Position numbers and translations under genes: made by a program | Origin: Eubacteriales bacterium | GTDB taxonomy: Bacteria > Bacillota > Clostridia > Oscillospirales > CAG-272 | Length of the DNA: 58,917 nt | Reading direction: 5' to 3' | Assembly: GCA_045602325.1 (NCBI GenBank) | Contig: JAZSBH010000091.1 | Location: forward strand, 1 to 58,917 | Notes under the pieces: model-generated | The model's database searches: none | Told to the model about the DNA's origin: nothing | Seen by the model: only the letters and a program-made list of their open reading frames with translations | Part shown: piece by piece, positions 38,034 to 47,506 of the stretch | Layout of the letters: each line of letters starts with the position of its first letter | How positions within the stretch are numbered: the stretch's first letter is position 1

Positions 38034-38924
38034 ATGAACAATCGTACCGTATTTACCGGCGCCGCAACCGCCATCATCACCCCCCTGACCCCCGACGGCA
38101 TTGATTTTGACCGCTACGGGGCTATGATCGACTGGCAGATCACCCAGGGCATTGACGCCATCGTCGCCGTAGGCACCACCGGCGAGGGCTCTACTTTGAG
38201 CGACGAGGAGCACCGCGCCGCCATCAAGTACTGCGTAGAGCGGGTTGCCGGTCCCGTCCCCGTCATCGCCGGCACCGGCTCCAACGACACCGCCTACTCG
38301 GTTGATCTCTCCCGCTACGCCGCGAGCGTTGGCGCTGACGCTATGCTGCTGGTCACCCCCTACTACAACAAGGCTACCCAGAAGGGCATGGTCGCTTGCT
38401 CGGTCGCCGTGGCCGACGCCATTGACAAGCCCTGCATCCTCTACAACGTCCCCGGCCGTACCGGCTGCAATATGCTCCCGAAGACCGTAGCCGAGATGGC
38501 TGAGCATCCCAACATCGTGGCCATCAAGGAGGCCTCGGGCAACATCTCCCAGATCGCCGAGATCGCCGCCCTGGTGGGCGACAAGATGGACATTTATTCG
38601 GGTAACGACGACCAGATCATCCCCGTCCTCTCCCTGGGCGGCAAGGGTGTCATCTCGGTGCTCTCCAACATTCTCCCCGCCGAGACCTCGCTCATGTGCA
38701 AGAAGTTCTTCGCCGGTGACGTGGCCGGCGCGCGCAAGATGCAACTGGACTACCTGGAACTGGTCAACGCCCTGTTCTGCGAGGTCAATCCCATCCCCGT
38801 CAAGGCCGCCTGCGCCGCCATGGGACTCTGCGAGAACTACGTCCGTCTGCCTCTGACCCCCATGGAAGAGGATCACCGCCAGAACCTACTCCGCCTCATG
38901 CGCAAGGCTGGGCTGGAGGTATAA
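38034..38924 (+). CDS. dapA: 4-hydroxy-tetrahydrodipicolinate synthase
   Basis: GTTGE, VTPYYNK, LYNVPGRTG, AIKEASG, NPIPVK. Confidence 0.97.
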   Translation: MNNRTVFTGAATAIITPLTPDGIDFDRYGAMIDWQITQGIDAIVAVGTTGEGSTLSDEEHRAAIKYCVERVAGPVPVIAGTGSNDTAYSVDLSRYAASVGADAMLLVTPYYNKATQKGMVACSVAVADAIDKPCILYNVPGRTGCNMLPKTVAEMAEHPNIVAIKEASGNISQIAEIAALVGDKMDIYSGNDDQIIPVLSLGGKGVISVLSNILPAETSLMCKKFFAGDVAGARKMQLDYLELVNALFCEVNPIPVKAACAAMGLCENYVRLPLTPMEEDHRQNLLRLMRKAGLEV

Positions 38925-38931
38925 GGAACGC

Positions 38932-39031
38932 AAGGGCTCTGCCCCCGGCAGGGCTCTGCATGCCGAGCAAGCTCGGCGGCACCCACTTAAGAACCCTTTG
39001 AAAAGGGTTCTTAAGAATCTCCTAAACTTTT
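38932..39031. repeat. Intergenic palindromic repeat, copy 4 (inverted)
   Basis: GGGCTCTGCCCC...CTTAAGAACCCTTT-GA-AAAGGGTTCTTAAG-AATCTCCTAAACTTT. Confidence 0.6.
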
Positions 39032-39051
39032 AAAACAAGGATTGAGTAACT

Positions 39052-39822
39052 ATGAAATTACTGATTTCGGGTCTCTGCGGCCACATGGGAACAGAGGTCG
39101 CCAAGCTGGCTCTGACCGGATGCCGCGGCGCTGACCCCGATGCCACCGTCGGTGTGGACATGAACGCCTGCGGCGCCGAAGGCATGCCCTGCGCCACCAG
39201 CTTTGAGGGCGCCACCGACACCGTCTTCACCACCGCCGACTGCATCGTGGACTTCTCCCACCACAGCGCCACTCCTTCCCTGCTGGCCTTCGCCACCGCC
39301 CACAAGATTCCCGTTGTCCTGGCCACCACGGGGCATACCGACGAGGAAAAGGCCGCCATCGTCAAGGCCGCCGCATCCATCCCCGTCTTCTTCGCCGCCA
39401 ATTTCTCTCTGGGCGTCGCTCTTCTGATCGACACCGCCCGTCAGGTGGCCGCCGCCATGCCCGAGGCCGAGATCGAGATCATCGAAAAGCACCATGACCG
39501 CAAGCTGGACGCCCCCAGCGGTACCGCTCTGGCGATTGCCAACGCCCTCTGTGAAGTGAGACCCGACGCCACCGTGGTCACGGGGCGCAGCGGCTATGGC
39601 AAGCGCACCCAAAACGAGATCGGCGTCCATGCCATCCGCATGGGCAACATTGTGGGGGAGCACGAGGTCATCATCGGCACCCCCAACCAGACCATTACCC
39701 TCAAGCATGAGGCTCACGACCGCGCCTTGTTTGCCGAAGGGGCTCTCGCCGCCGCCGAGTTTCTGTGCAAGGGACGGGATGCGGGTCTGTATAGCATGAC
39801 CGACCTTGTGACCAAGAATTAA
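39052..39822 (+). CDS. dapB: 4-hydroxy-tetrahydrodipicolinate reductase
   Basis: ATTG, ANFSLG, EKHHDRKLDAPSGTA. Confidence 0.97.
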   Translation: MKLLISGLCGHMGTEVAKLALTGCRGADPDATVGVDMNACGAEGMPCATSFEGATDTVFTTADCIVDFSHHSATPSLLAFATAHKIPVVLATTGHTDEEKAAIVKAAASIPVFFAANFSLGVALLIDTARQVAAAMPEAEIEIIEKHHDRKLDAPSGTALAIANALCEVRPDATVVTGRSGYGKRTQNEIGVHAIRMGNIVGEHEVIIGTPNQTITLKHEAHDRALFAEGALAAAEFLCKGRDAGLYSMTDLVTKN

Positions 39823-39837
39823 CCAAGAGGTGTACCT

Positions 39838-40815
39838 ATGAAAATCGCTATTTTCGGATACGGAAATCTCGGCCGCGGTGTAGAGGCGGCCATGGCGCAG
39901 AATCCCGACGTGGAGCTGATCGGGGTATTCTCCCGCAGAGACCCCGCGAAGGTCAGTACCCGCACAGGGACTCCTGTGTACGCCGCCGCCGATATTCTCA
40001 AGTTCAAGGATGAGATCGACGTGCTCATCCTCTGCGGAGGAAGCGCCACCGACCTACCCGAGTTGACCCCCGCCCTGGCCAAAAATTTCTGCGTGGTGGA
40101 CAGCTTTGATACCCACGCCAACATCCCCACTCATTTTGCAAACGTGGATGCCGCCGCCAAGGAAAACGGCACTCTCTGCCTCATCTCGGCAGGCTGGGAT
40201 CCCGGCATGTTCTCCATCGCCCGTGTCTACGCCCAGGCCATCCTCCCCGACGGACAGGACTATACCTTCTGGGGGCGCGGCGTCAGTCAGGGTCACTCCG
40301 ACGCCATCCGCCGCATTCCCGGTGTGCTGGACGCGCGCCAGTACACGGTTCCCGTTCCCGCCGCCCTTGACGCGGTAAAGAACGGCGAAAATCCCACCCT
40401 CACCACCCGTGATAAGCACACCCGCGAGTGCTACGTGGTGGCCGCCGAGGGCGCTGACCAGGAGGCCATTCGGGAGGCTATCGTCACTATGCCCAACTAC
40501 TTCGCCGACTATAACACCACCGTCACCTTCATCACCGCCGAGGAACTGGCTCGCGACCACGCAGGTCTCCCCCATGGCGGCCAGGTCATCCGCAACGGAC
40601 GGACAGGGCTGGACGGCGAGCACACCCACACCGTGGGCTACAGCCTGCGGCTGGACTCCAACCCCGAGTTTACCGCCTCTGCCTTGGTGGCCTTTGCCCG
40701 CGCGGTATATCGCATGAAGCAGAGAGGGCGCACAGGTTGCCTGACTGTCTTTGACGTGGCTCCTGCCGATCTGTCTCCCCTGTCCGCAGAGGATTTGCGG
40801 GCGCATATGCTCTGA
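39838..40815 (+). CDS. ddh: meso-diaminopimelate dehydrogenase
   Basis: GYGNLG, DSFDTH, GWDPG, TFWGRGVSQGHS, SNPEFT. Confidence 0.95.
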   Translation: MKIAIFGYGNLGRGVEAAMAQNPDVELIGVFSRRDPAKVSTRTGTPVYAAADILKFKDEIDVLILCGGSATDLPELTPALAKNFCVVDSFDTHANIPTHFANVDAAAKENGTLCLISAGWDPGMFSIARVYAQAILPDGQDYTFWGRGVSQGHSDAIRRIPGVLDARQYTVPVPAALDAVKNGENPTLTTRDKHTRECYVVAAEGADQEAIREAIVTMPNYFADYNTTVTFITAEELARDHAGLPHGGQVIRNGRTGLDGEHTHTVGYSLRLDSNPEFTASALVAFARAVYRMKQRGRTGCLTVFDVAPADLSPLSAEDLRAHML

Positions 40816-40824
40816 TAAATTGAA

Positions 40825-40860
40825 TACAGTTACAGTTACAGTTACAGATACAGATACAGA
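40825..40860 (+). repeat. Hexamer microsatellite (TACAGT)3(TACAGA)3
   Basis: Directly visible after the ddh stop. Confidence 0.85.
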
Positions 40861-40897
40861 AATCCCGCCGAGAAATTTGCCCTCGGCGGGATTTTTT
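40860..40897. terminator. Bidirectional terminator
   Basis: AAAATCCCGCCGAG...CTCGGCGGGATTTT. Confidence 0.85.
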
Positions 40898-41271
40898 CAT
40901 CTGTTGTATTTATCCAGAATCGTCTCCACGGTCTCCCGTTCTTCACGGGACAGCTTCATGATCTGCCCTGTCCCGTCCAGCGCGAACAGCCCCCGTGCAG
41001 AATCGTAGCGGATAGTGGTATTTTCCCATCGAAATGAACAGTCGAACTGACATTGTACCTTTTCCGCCTTCCATGCATGGCCCCAGAGGCCAAGCAGCGT
41101 TTGAATGTCTTCCTCGTCCATGGGAGTCAGCGCCGAAGCATCCCCGCAGGATATGCGCATATCCCCATCGCAATAAAACTCGTAGTAGGCGTAGGATTGG
41201 GTTCTGTCACCGCAAGCAGCGAGCATTAGCATAAGAACGGTCATCAAGCATAAAACAGCAATCTTTTTCAT
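40897..41271 (-). CDS. Small hypothetical lipoprotein
   Basis: MKKIAVL...LAAC lipobox. Confidence 0.7.
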   Translation of the reverse strand: MKKIAVLCLMTVLMLMLAACGDRTQSYAYYEFYCDGDMRISCGDASALTPMDEEDIQTLLGLWGHAWKAEKVQCQFDCSFRWENTTIRYDSARGLFALDGTGQIMKLSREERETVETILDKYNR

Positions 41272-41292
41272 AACGAGCCCCCCCGTAAAAAC

Positions 41293-42192
41293 TTATTCTG
41301 TTTTGAGAAACGCCACCGTGATCCACAACTTTCCCTCCCGATACTCCGCGCCGATGCTCCCATGCATCCGCTCGGTCAGCAGTTTGGCGATGGAGAGTCC
41401 CAAGCCCGTGGACTTGCGGGCCGAATCCACCGTAAAGAAGCGGTCAAAGAGCTTGCCCACGTCCACCGAGGACAGGGCGGCGGCGGTGTTGGCAAAGGCG
41501 ACCGTACCGTCGGGAGTCAGCTCCACCGCAAAGTCGCCATCGCTGTACTTAATGGCGTTGCTGATGATGTTGCCGAAAATGCGGGAGAGTGCCGAAGGGT
41601 CAAGGTTGCGCCATACACCCTCCTCGGGAATGCTGACCTCAGGCTCAATGCCTCTCTGACCGAACGCGCCGTAGAAGGAAATGAGGGATTCCTCCAGCAC
41701 CCGACAAAGATTCACGGGCTCGGGGGACACCTCAGGGGTAGAGGCCACCACCGAGTAGCGGAACAGCTCCTCCATGAGCTCCCGCAAAGCCTCGGCACGG
41801 TTGCGGATCTGGGCGACGTAGCGGGCGGCCTCCTCGGACAGGGATTCCCGCTCCAAAAGCTCCAGATACCCATAAACGGCGGTCAGCGGGGTACGCAGGT
41901 CGTGGGAGACATTGGCCACCGCCTCTTTGAGCTCACGGTCGCCGTAGAGGTACTGCTGTCTCTGGCGACGGAGTAGCTTAAGCTCGCTGTTGACCGCTCC
42001 GGCCAGGGCACGCATCTTGCTGTCCCGCGAGGAAATGTCAATGAGGGTATTCGTATCCTCCCGCAGACGCGCCGAAAAGGCCTCGGCGATCTCCGCCGCT
42101 GCCTTTCGTAGGGTATACACTTTCACAGCCAGCACCGCGATCACGATGAGCAAAGCCCCGATCACGGCCAGTAGGAATTCGGTCATAGACAT
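41293..42192 (-). CDS. Sensor histidine kinase (short, single N-terminal TM)
   Basis: SHDLRTPLT, NIISNAIKY, FDRFF, TGLGLSIA. Confidence 0.93.
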   Translation of the reverse strand: MSMTEFLLAVIGALLIVIAVLAVKVYTLRKAAAEIAEAFSARLREDTNTLIDISSRDSKMRALAGAVNSELKLLRRQRQQYLYGDRELKEAVANVSHDLRTPLTAVYGYLELLERESLSEEAARYVAQIRNRAEALRELMEELFRYSVVASTPEVSPEPVNLCRVLEESLISFYGAFGQRGIEPEVSIPEEGVWRNLDPSALSRIFGNIISNAIKYSDGDFAVELTPDGTVAFANTAAALSSVDVGKLFDRFFTVDSARKSTGLGLSIAKLLTERMHGSIGAEYREGKLWITVAFLKTE

Positions 42193-42251
42193 CTCCTGTC
42201 GGTGACCCTCTCACCCGCCCAAAAAGACGGCGGGTGAGAGGGTACGCTTAT

Positions 42252-43100
42252 TTATTTGAGTTCTTTCTTTTGGAAGATCACCGCGCCACCCAAAGTGGTC
42301 GTGGCGATGAAGGCCAGGGACCAGAGGGGCAGGTACATCATATCGGCGGTCTTCTCATAGGGCGAGGCCTGCTCCAACTGGCCACAGGGGAGGAAATCGT
42401 AGAGAACTTCCAAAGCAACGCGAGAGGCTCCCCCGACGTAGGCTGGATTCTCCATCTGCTTACCGGTGTAGACAAAGTCGTCCACCTCCTCCGAGAAGAC
42501 CTCCTCCTGCACGTATTGAGGGGCTTCCAGAGCTTCACGAAGGGGAGTGGGCACCCACATCATCAGCAGGATGGCCAAAAGCAGGACAGTCACCGCCGCG
42601 ACGGTGCGGTTCTGCACCGCCATCACGACCAGCAAGAACAGGGAGGTAAAGGCAACCATGGCCAACAGGTAGCAAAGAACCGGCAGGATAAAGGCTTTAG
42701 CAGCCAACTCAAAGCCGCCCAAGAGGGGGGCGCCCAGAGCCAGACCCACGGTCAGCATGGGGACGAAGAGCAGGATGGCGGCGGCCGTCGAGCAGACAAT
42801 CAGGTTGGAGAGGTAAATGGACAGGCGGGAATGGCCGGTGATGATCTTGTTGCGGACGGTTTTGTCGCTGTACTCCCGCCCGATGAACAGGGCAACCAGC
42901 ACGGCTATGGCCAAAACCGTGATGAGAGGGTCGGGAAGCAGGGTGTGATCGGCCTTGATGACCTGATCCATAAAGACAGATTTATAGTGAAGGTTGTTGA
43001 TTACACCTAAGAGCTGATGACCCACCGTGACAGCAAGGATCAGCCAGAAGGACAGGGATTTGAAGAGGCGGCGGAAGCCGGCGGATAACAGTTTGGTCAT
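42252..43100 (-). CDS. ABC-2 type permease
   Basis: Multiple TM segments; GREYSDKTVRNKIITG; terminal FQKKELK. Confidence 0.88.
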   Translation of the reverse strand: MTKLLSAGFRRLFKSLSFWLILAVTVGHQLLGVINNLHYKSVFMDQVIKADHTLLPDPLITVLAIAVLVALFIGREYSDKTVRNKIITGHSRLSIYLSNLIVCSTAAAILLFVPMLTVGLALGAPLLGGFELAAKAFILPVLCYLLAMVAFTSLFLLVVMAVQNRTVAAVTVLLLAILLMMWVPTPLREALEAPQYVQEEVFSEEVDDFVYTGKQMENPAYVGGASRVALEVLYDFLPCGQLEQASPYEKTADMMYLPLWSLAFIATTTLGGAVIFQKKELK

Positions 43101-44008
43101 GACTTGTCACCTCCTACAAGATTCACGTAGTAGCTCTCGAGGGATTCATCCTTTTCGGTGATCGAGATCAACTCGCAGTTTTCCTTGGAGAGAGCCACCG
43201 CCAGCTCGGTGACGCTCATTTTGGCGTAGATATCGGCCTTTCTGTCCGAAATAACCTTGTACTCCACACCCATGCCATCCAGCACGCGGGTCAGCGCGCC
43301 CATGTCGGACACCTCAGCGCAATTACACTTGCGGCAGGCGGCCTCCAGCTCCTCGGCACTGATCTCACGGAGCATGCGCCCACCGTCGATAAAGCCGTAA
43401 TGGGTGGCCAGGCGGGACAGCTCGTCTAGGATGTGGCTGGACATGAGGACGGTAATATTATGCTCGCGGTTGAGCTTCAGAATGAGCTCCCGCATCTCAA
43501 TGATACCCTGGGGGTCGAGACCGTTGACCGGCTCATCCAGCACCAGGAAATCGGGGTCACCCGCCAGGGCGATGGCAATACCCAGGCGCTGACGCATACC
43601 CAGAGAGAAGTTCTTGGCCTTCTTCTTTCCTACATTCTCCAAGCCGACCAGCTTCAAAAGATCGGGGATGGAGTCGAAGGAGGGCAGTCCCAGGATGAGG
43701 TACTGCTGCTTCAGGTTCTCCTCGGCGGTCATGTCCATGTAGATGGAGGGGGTCTCCACCACCGCGCCCATGCGGCGGCGGGAACGGAGGATCTTTGGAT
43801 CATTCTGTTTGATCCCATAAATAGCGTATTCACCTGCAGTAGGTGCCTGCAAGCCGCAGATCAGGCGGATAAGGGTGGTCTTACCCGCGCCGTTCTTACC
43901 CACGAAGCCGTAGATGGCTCCCTTGGGAACGTGCATGGTGAAATTGTTTAAGGCCTTACATTGGCCGTATTCTTTGGTCAACGCATTGGTGGTCAGTACG
44001 TATTCCAT
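43097..44008 (-). CDS. ABC ATP-binding protein (BcrA/LanF-like)
   Basis: GKNGAGKT, FSLGMRQR, LDEPVNGLD, SSHIL. Confidence 0.93.
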   Translation of the reverse strand: MEYVLTTNALTKEYGQCKALNNFTMHVPKGAIYGFVGKNGAGKTTLIRLICGLQAPTAGEYAIYGIKQNDPKILRSRRRMGAVVETPSIYMDMTAEENLKQQYLILGLPSFDSIPDLLKLVGLENVGKKKAKNFSLGMRQRLGIAIALAGDPDFLVLDEPVNGLDPQGIIEMRELILKLNREHNITVLMSSHILDELSRLATHYGFIDGGRMLREISAEELEAACRKCNCAEVSDMGALTRVLDGMGVEYKVISDRKADIYAKMSVTELAVALSKENCELISITEKDESLESYYVNLVGGDKS

Positions 44009-44076
44009 ATTGTCATTCTCCTTTCTCGCACGGTGCTTCGGTGTCGTAATGCCGCGCTCCGTGCTTTGTTGTCGTT

Positions 44077-44137
44077 ATTATAGAACACAGGGGTTAAGAA
44101 AACGGCAAAGGAAAGGGTAAAGAAATGGTAAAGATAA
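44077..44137 (-). promoter_or_regulatory. Probable response-regulator boxes upstream of the ABC genes
   Basis: Four GGTAAAG-like direct repeats at 11-12 bp spacing, upstream of a minus-strand TATAAT. Confidence 0.55.
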
Positions 44138-44139
44138 AA

Positions 44140-44796
44140 TTATTTTATCTTAAAACCGATCCCCCACACCGCCTCGATGTGATCCTTCCCATCGGCGTCC
44201 CGCAGCTTTTTGCGCAGGTTGCTGACGTGGATCTTAAGGGAGCTTTCGGTGCAGTCGGGGGTGTCCTCGCTGATGCGATCCAGTAGGTGGGATTTGGAGA
44301 GGACTTGCGAGGGATTCTGCATGAGAAGCTTGAGAATGGCATACTCGGTACGGGTCAGCTTGACCTCGGCCTCTCCCGCCGTGACGATATGGGTGTCGGT
44401 ATCCAGCCGCAGGCCGTCGTGCACCAGCACGGGACGCTCAGCCACCGCCACACGGCGCAGGGCTACCGTGATACGAGCCAAAAGCTCGGGAATATCAAAG
44501 GGTTTGGTAACGTAGTCCGCCGCGCCTCCAAGGAGCAGGTCGACCTTATTCTGTATATCCACCTTGGCGCTGACCACGATGACCGGGATGCCCTTGATCT
44601 TGGGTAGCACTTCTTCGCCCGAAAGTCCCGGAAGCATGAGATCCAGGAGCACCAGGTCGGGGGAGAATGCCTGCAAAGCCAGCAGCGCCTCGGTGCCCGA
44701 ATACGCGCGGGAGACGCGATAGCCCTCGCGGGTCAGGACCTCCTCCAGCATATCGCCAATGTGGACGTCGTCGTCAATGATAAGAATGTGTTTCAT
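44140..44796 (-). CDS. OmpR-family response regulator
   Basis: IIDDD, LLDLMLP, TKPF, HVSNLRKKL, VWGIGF. Confidence 0.95.
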   Translation of the reverse strand: MKHILIIDDDVHIGDMLEEVLTREGYRVSRAYSGTEALLALQAFSPDLVLLDLMLPGLSGEEVLPKIKGIPVIVVSAKVDIQNKVDLLLGGAADYVTKPFDIPELLARITVALRRVAVAERPVLVHDGLRLDTDTHIVTAGEAEVKLTRTEYAILKLLMQNPSQVLSKSHLLDRISEDTPDCTESSLKIHVSNLRKKLRDADGKDHIEAVWGIGFKIK

Positions 44797-44829
44797 GGCG
44801 TTTTATCCTTTCGCAGAGAATGAAACAGC

Positions 44830-45990
44830 TTACAAAAGCTTACGGCAAATGTACTTCACGGTTTTCTCGGGGGTCTTCTTCTCGAAATCTACGTATCGGT
44901 CAAAATTACTGAAGGTGCCGCCGTCGGAGCCCGACCATCCGATGAGCCAGACGCCCCGGAGGAGGTCGTCCCCCAGATTGTTGCTGTCCGACTTGTAGCG
45001 GAAAATGTGGAAGGTCTCGCCCTTCTTTTGGGCCTTTCCGATGTACTCGATCTCATCGGGCTCCTTACCCAGCTCAGTGGGGTAGGTGAGCCAATGCACC
45101 AGGTCGCTCTTAGCCAGGTAGACGGGATCGCGGAGCTCCGCAGGGAAACGGTCGGTCATGACGTGCGTTTTGAGCAGCTGATAGGTCATATTGGCCATGA
45201 CGGGATTGCGCGCCAAAAACCCAATGACTTCATCGGGCACCTCGCAACGTGCAGATAGCAGCGTTGATAGGGTGTAGTAGCTGATATCGGGATTGTTCAG
45301 AGAGAACAGGTCGGTCAGTCTTGTTGTCAGCGCGCGGCTCGGAGGCATTTTGTATAGCAAATACTTCACCGCGTCGCAGAGTAATTCCAGGCTGCCGAGC
45401 ATATCCTGAGTGAGTGCTTCCTTTTTCCGCGCCTCGGCGTAGCGATCCAACTCGGAGACGGCATACTTGGCCAACACGATCTTTGCCTCCTCCGACAAGC
45501 GAGCGACCTTGCCCTTATATTCCAACAGTCCCCGCCAAAGCTGTCCCTTGTGGAACTCGTCCTTCAAGGGTGCGGCCATACAGAGGATGCGCTCCATATC
45601 AGCGGCGTCGGGTTGGCCGTCGAAGGCCTCATCGATGGCGCGCTCCAAAAAGCGCTCGCGATTGCAACGATCCACCACCCGCTGGATCATCTCTACCTTG
45701 TCGCGGGGTAGAGCCGCAGGGGAGTCATAGCAGATCATGACCAGATTCATGAGGGAATCCATGAGACCAAAGATCTCGTCCTTGCCGCGGTAACTCTCCT
45801 CCTTGTCGAGCAGTTCGGGAATCAACTCCAGCTCCGAGAGGGCGAAGTCACCAAGCTCCCGTTTATCGGCGGTGGCGAGCTTCTTTTTGGAAGAGGACAG
45901 CGTGAGCCCCAGGTAGGTCAGGAGCTGGCTCTTGTCGTGCAGGGTAGCCGCCTCGCGTGCACGCTCGATGATGGGAGTAAAGTTGGACAT
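44830..45990 (-). CDS. Hypothetical alpha-helical protein
   Basis: Long ORF with RBS and host-like codon usage; no family recognised. Confidence 0.75.
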   Translation of the reverse strand: MSNFTPIIERAREAATLHDKSQLLTYLGLTLSSSKKKLATADKRELGDFALSELELIPELLDKEESYRGKDEIFGLMDSLMNLVMICYDSPAALPRDKVEMIQRVVDRCNRERFLERAIDEAFDGQPDAADMERILCMAAPLKDEFHKGQLWRGLLEYKGKVARLSEEAKIVLAKYAVSELDRYAEARKKEALTQDMLGSLELLCDAVKYLLYKMPPSRALTTRLTDLFSLNNPDISYYTLSTLLSARCEVPDEVIGFLARNPVMANMTYQLLKTHVMTDRFPAELRDPVYLAKSDLVHWLTYPTELGKEPDEIEYIGKAQKKGETFHIFRYKSDSNNLGDDLLRGVWLIGWSGSDGGTFSNFDRYVDFEKKTPEKTVKYICRKLL

Positions 45991-46622
45991 GATAACCTTC
46001 CTTTCTTTCATGGAAAATTTAGAGTAGATATACAGAAACCGCAGATAGCGTCATTCCCGCCGAACATAGGCCTCCGCGCAGTAGCTCCGGGCAGGGGAAT
46101 GGGAGATCACACCGTAGACCGCGATGAGGATGACCGTCCCCGCGAATCCTTCTGTTCAGTTTGGCTTTCCTTCTGAAATAATGGGCTGTCAGAATACATG
46201 GCTTTCCCGTTCCGAAGGGAATCGATTGATTTATTATAGCATATAATTGGATAAAAAACAAGTCTCAACGTGCAGAAACGCAACATCCACCCGGAATTCT
46301 GCTGTGAAGCTGACCGCAGCCCGTAAATAAGCCCTCATCAGATGTGATTCGAATGGCAATCGATCCACGACAATTGATCGCTCCGCGCAATGGCATTATA
46401 ACCTCACGCCTTGCATGGAGGTGGCGCGTAAACCCGCGCCTAATCGCTGCGCGACTTGTTTTGTGCAATAAATCAACAAAAAAATTGCATGTTGCCATAA
46501 AAAATTTCGTATAATCTATTGCAAAATTCTTCAAAGTGTGATAGAATAACTACAAGAACACCCCCCATAGCCGTTCATCTGCTCTCGGGGTTATTCTAAT
46601 ATTACATAAAGGAGATGATAAT

Positions 46623-47357
46623 ATGCTCAAAACCAATGGTTCCGATCTGGCCAGCATTCTTTTTGCCATGGTGCTTGTTTTTGCCGTGCTGGTTGTTTTA
46701 CAAGTGATCCTGTTTGTGATCCTTCGTGTAAAACTAAACAAAAAGAACGCAGCTGACGCGACCTCCAACAACAAGTTGATGTCCTTTGCCGGCTTCTTCC
46801 TGTTGGACGCCGGATTCCCCACTCTGTGGACCATCCTGTGTATTATCCTTGCCATCGGATACGCTGTATTGACTTACCTCAATGTAGCGATGCTCATGGC
46901 ATTGATCGGATCTCATAATGTGCCCGTAACCGAAGCCGAGCCTGAACCCGAGCCCGTATTCGTCGCTTCCGTCGAGCCCGTTATGGATCACGCCCAGGAA
47001 GAAGAACTGGTGGCCGCTCTGATGCGTGAATCCATCACCATTGAAGAAGCTCACGACGCCATTACGGATGAGATTGCTTCCCATTTCGTAGAAATAGAAG
47101 AATCTGACGAAGAGAAGCGCTACCACAACAAGACCATCATCAACATCGACACGCTTTCCAAGAATTATGAGTCCGGCGAAACCGTTAATTTGGACTCTCT
47201 AAAGGAAAAGGGTCTGCTCCCAACCAAGGCTGACTTTGTCAAGGTTCTGGCACGCGGTTTGCTGGATAAGCACCTGACGGTTGAAGCTCAGGACTTCTCT
47301 GCCGACGCAATCAAGATGATCATTCTGACCGGTGGCAAAGCCATCCAAAAGAAGTAA
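46623..47357 (+). CDS. Membrane protein with C-terminal uL15-like domain
   Basis: Two hydrophobic helices, acidic linker, IINIDTL...VNLDSLKEKGLL...VKVLARGLLDKHLTVEAQDFSADAIKMIILTGG. Confidence 0.8.
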   Translation: MLKTNGSDLASILFAMVLVFAVLVVLQVILFVILRVKLNKKNAADATSNNKLMSFAGFFLLDAGFPTLWTILCIILAIGYAVLTYLNVAMLMALIGSHNVPVTEAEPEPEPVFVASVEPVMDHAQEEELVAALMRESITIEEAHDAITDEIASHFVEIEESDEEKRYHNKTIINIDTLSKNYESGETVNLDSLKEKGLLPTKADFVKVLARGLLDKHLTVEAQDFSADAIKMIILTGGKAIQKK

Positions 47358-47371
47358 GCTCCATACATGCA

Positions 47372-47402
47372 AAGAGGAGACGGTGCGCCGTCTCCTCTTT
47401 TG
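47372..47402 (+). terminator. Intrinsic terminator
   Basis: AAGAGGAGACGG-TGCG-CCGTCTCCTCTT-TT. Confidence 0.85.
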
Positions 47403-47506
47403 TATCGTGTACTGCCATACAGATGGTTTTCTTCATCAAACCGAAATCTGCCATATGTCTTCTTTTCCCTTTGCGGGAGTTTGTTTCGATTCGTCAGCGA
47501 TCTTGC

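Noticed and set aside
46019-46200. GC-rich stretch upstream of the 45990 gene as a riboswitch
   Set aside because: No TPP, ZTP, SAM or FMN consensus; one minus frame reads like a decayed gene end (GTVILIAVYGVISH)
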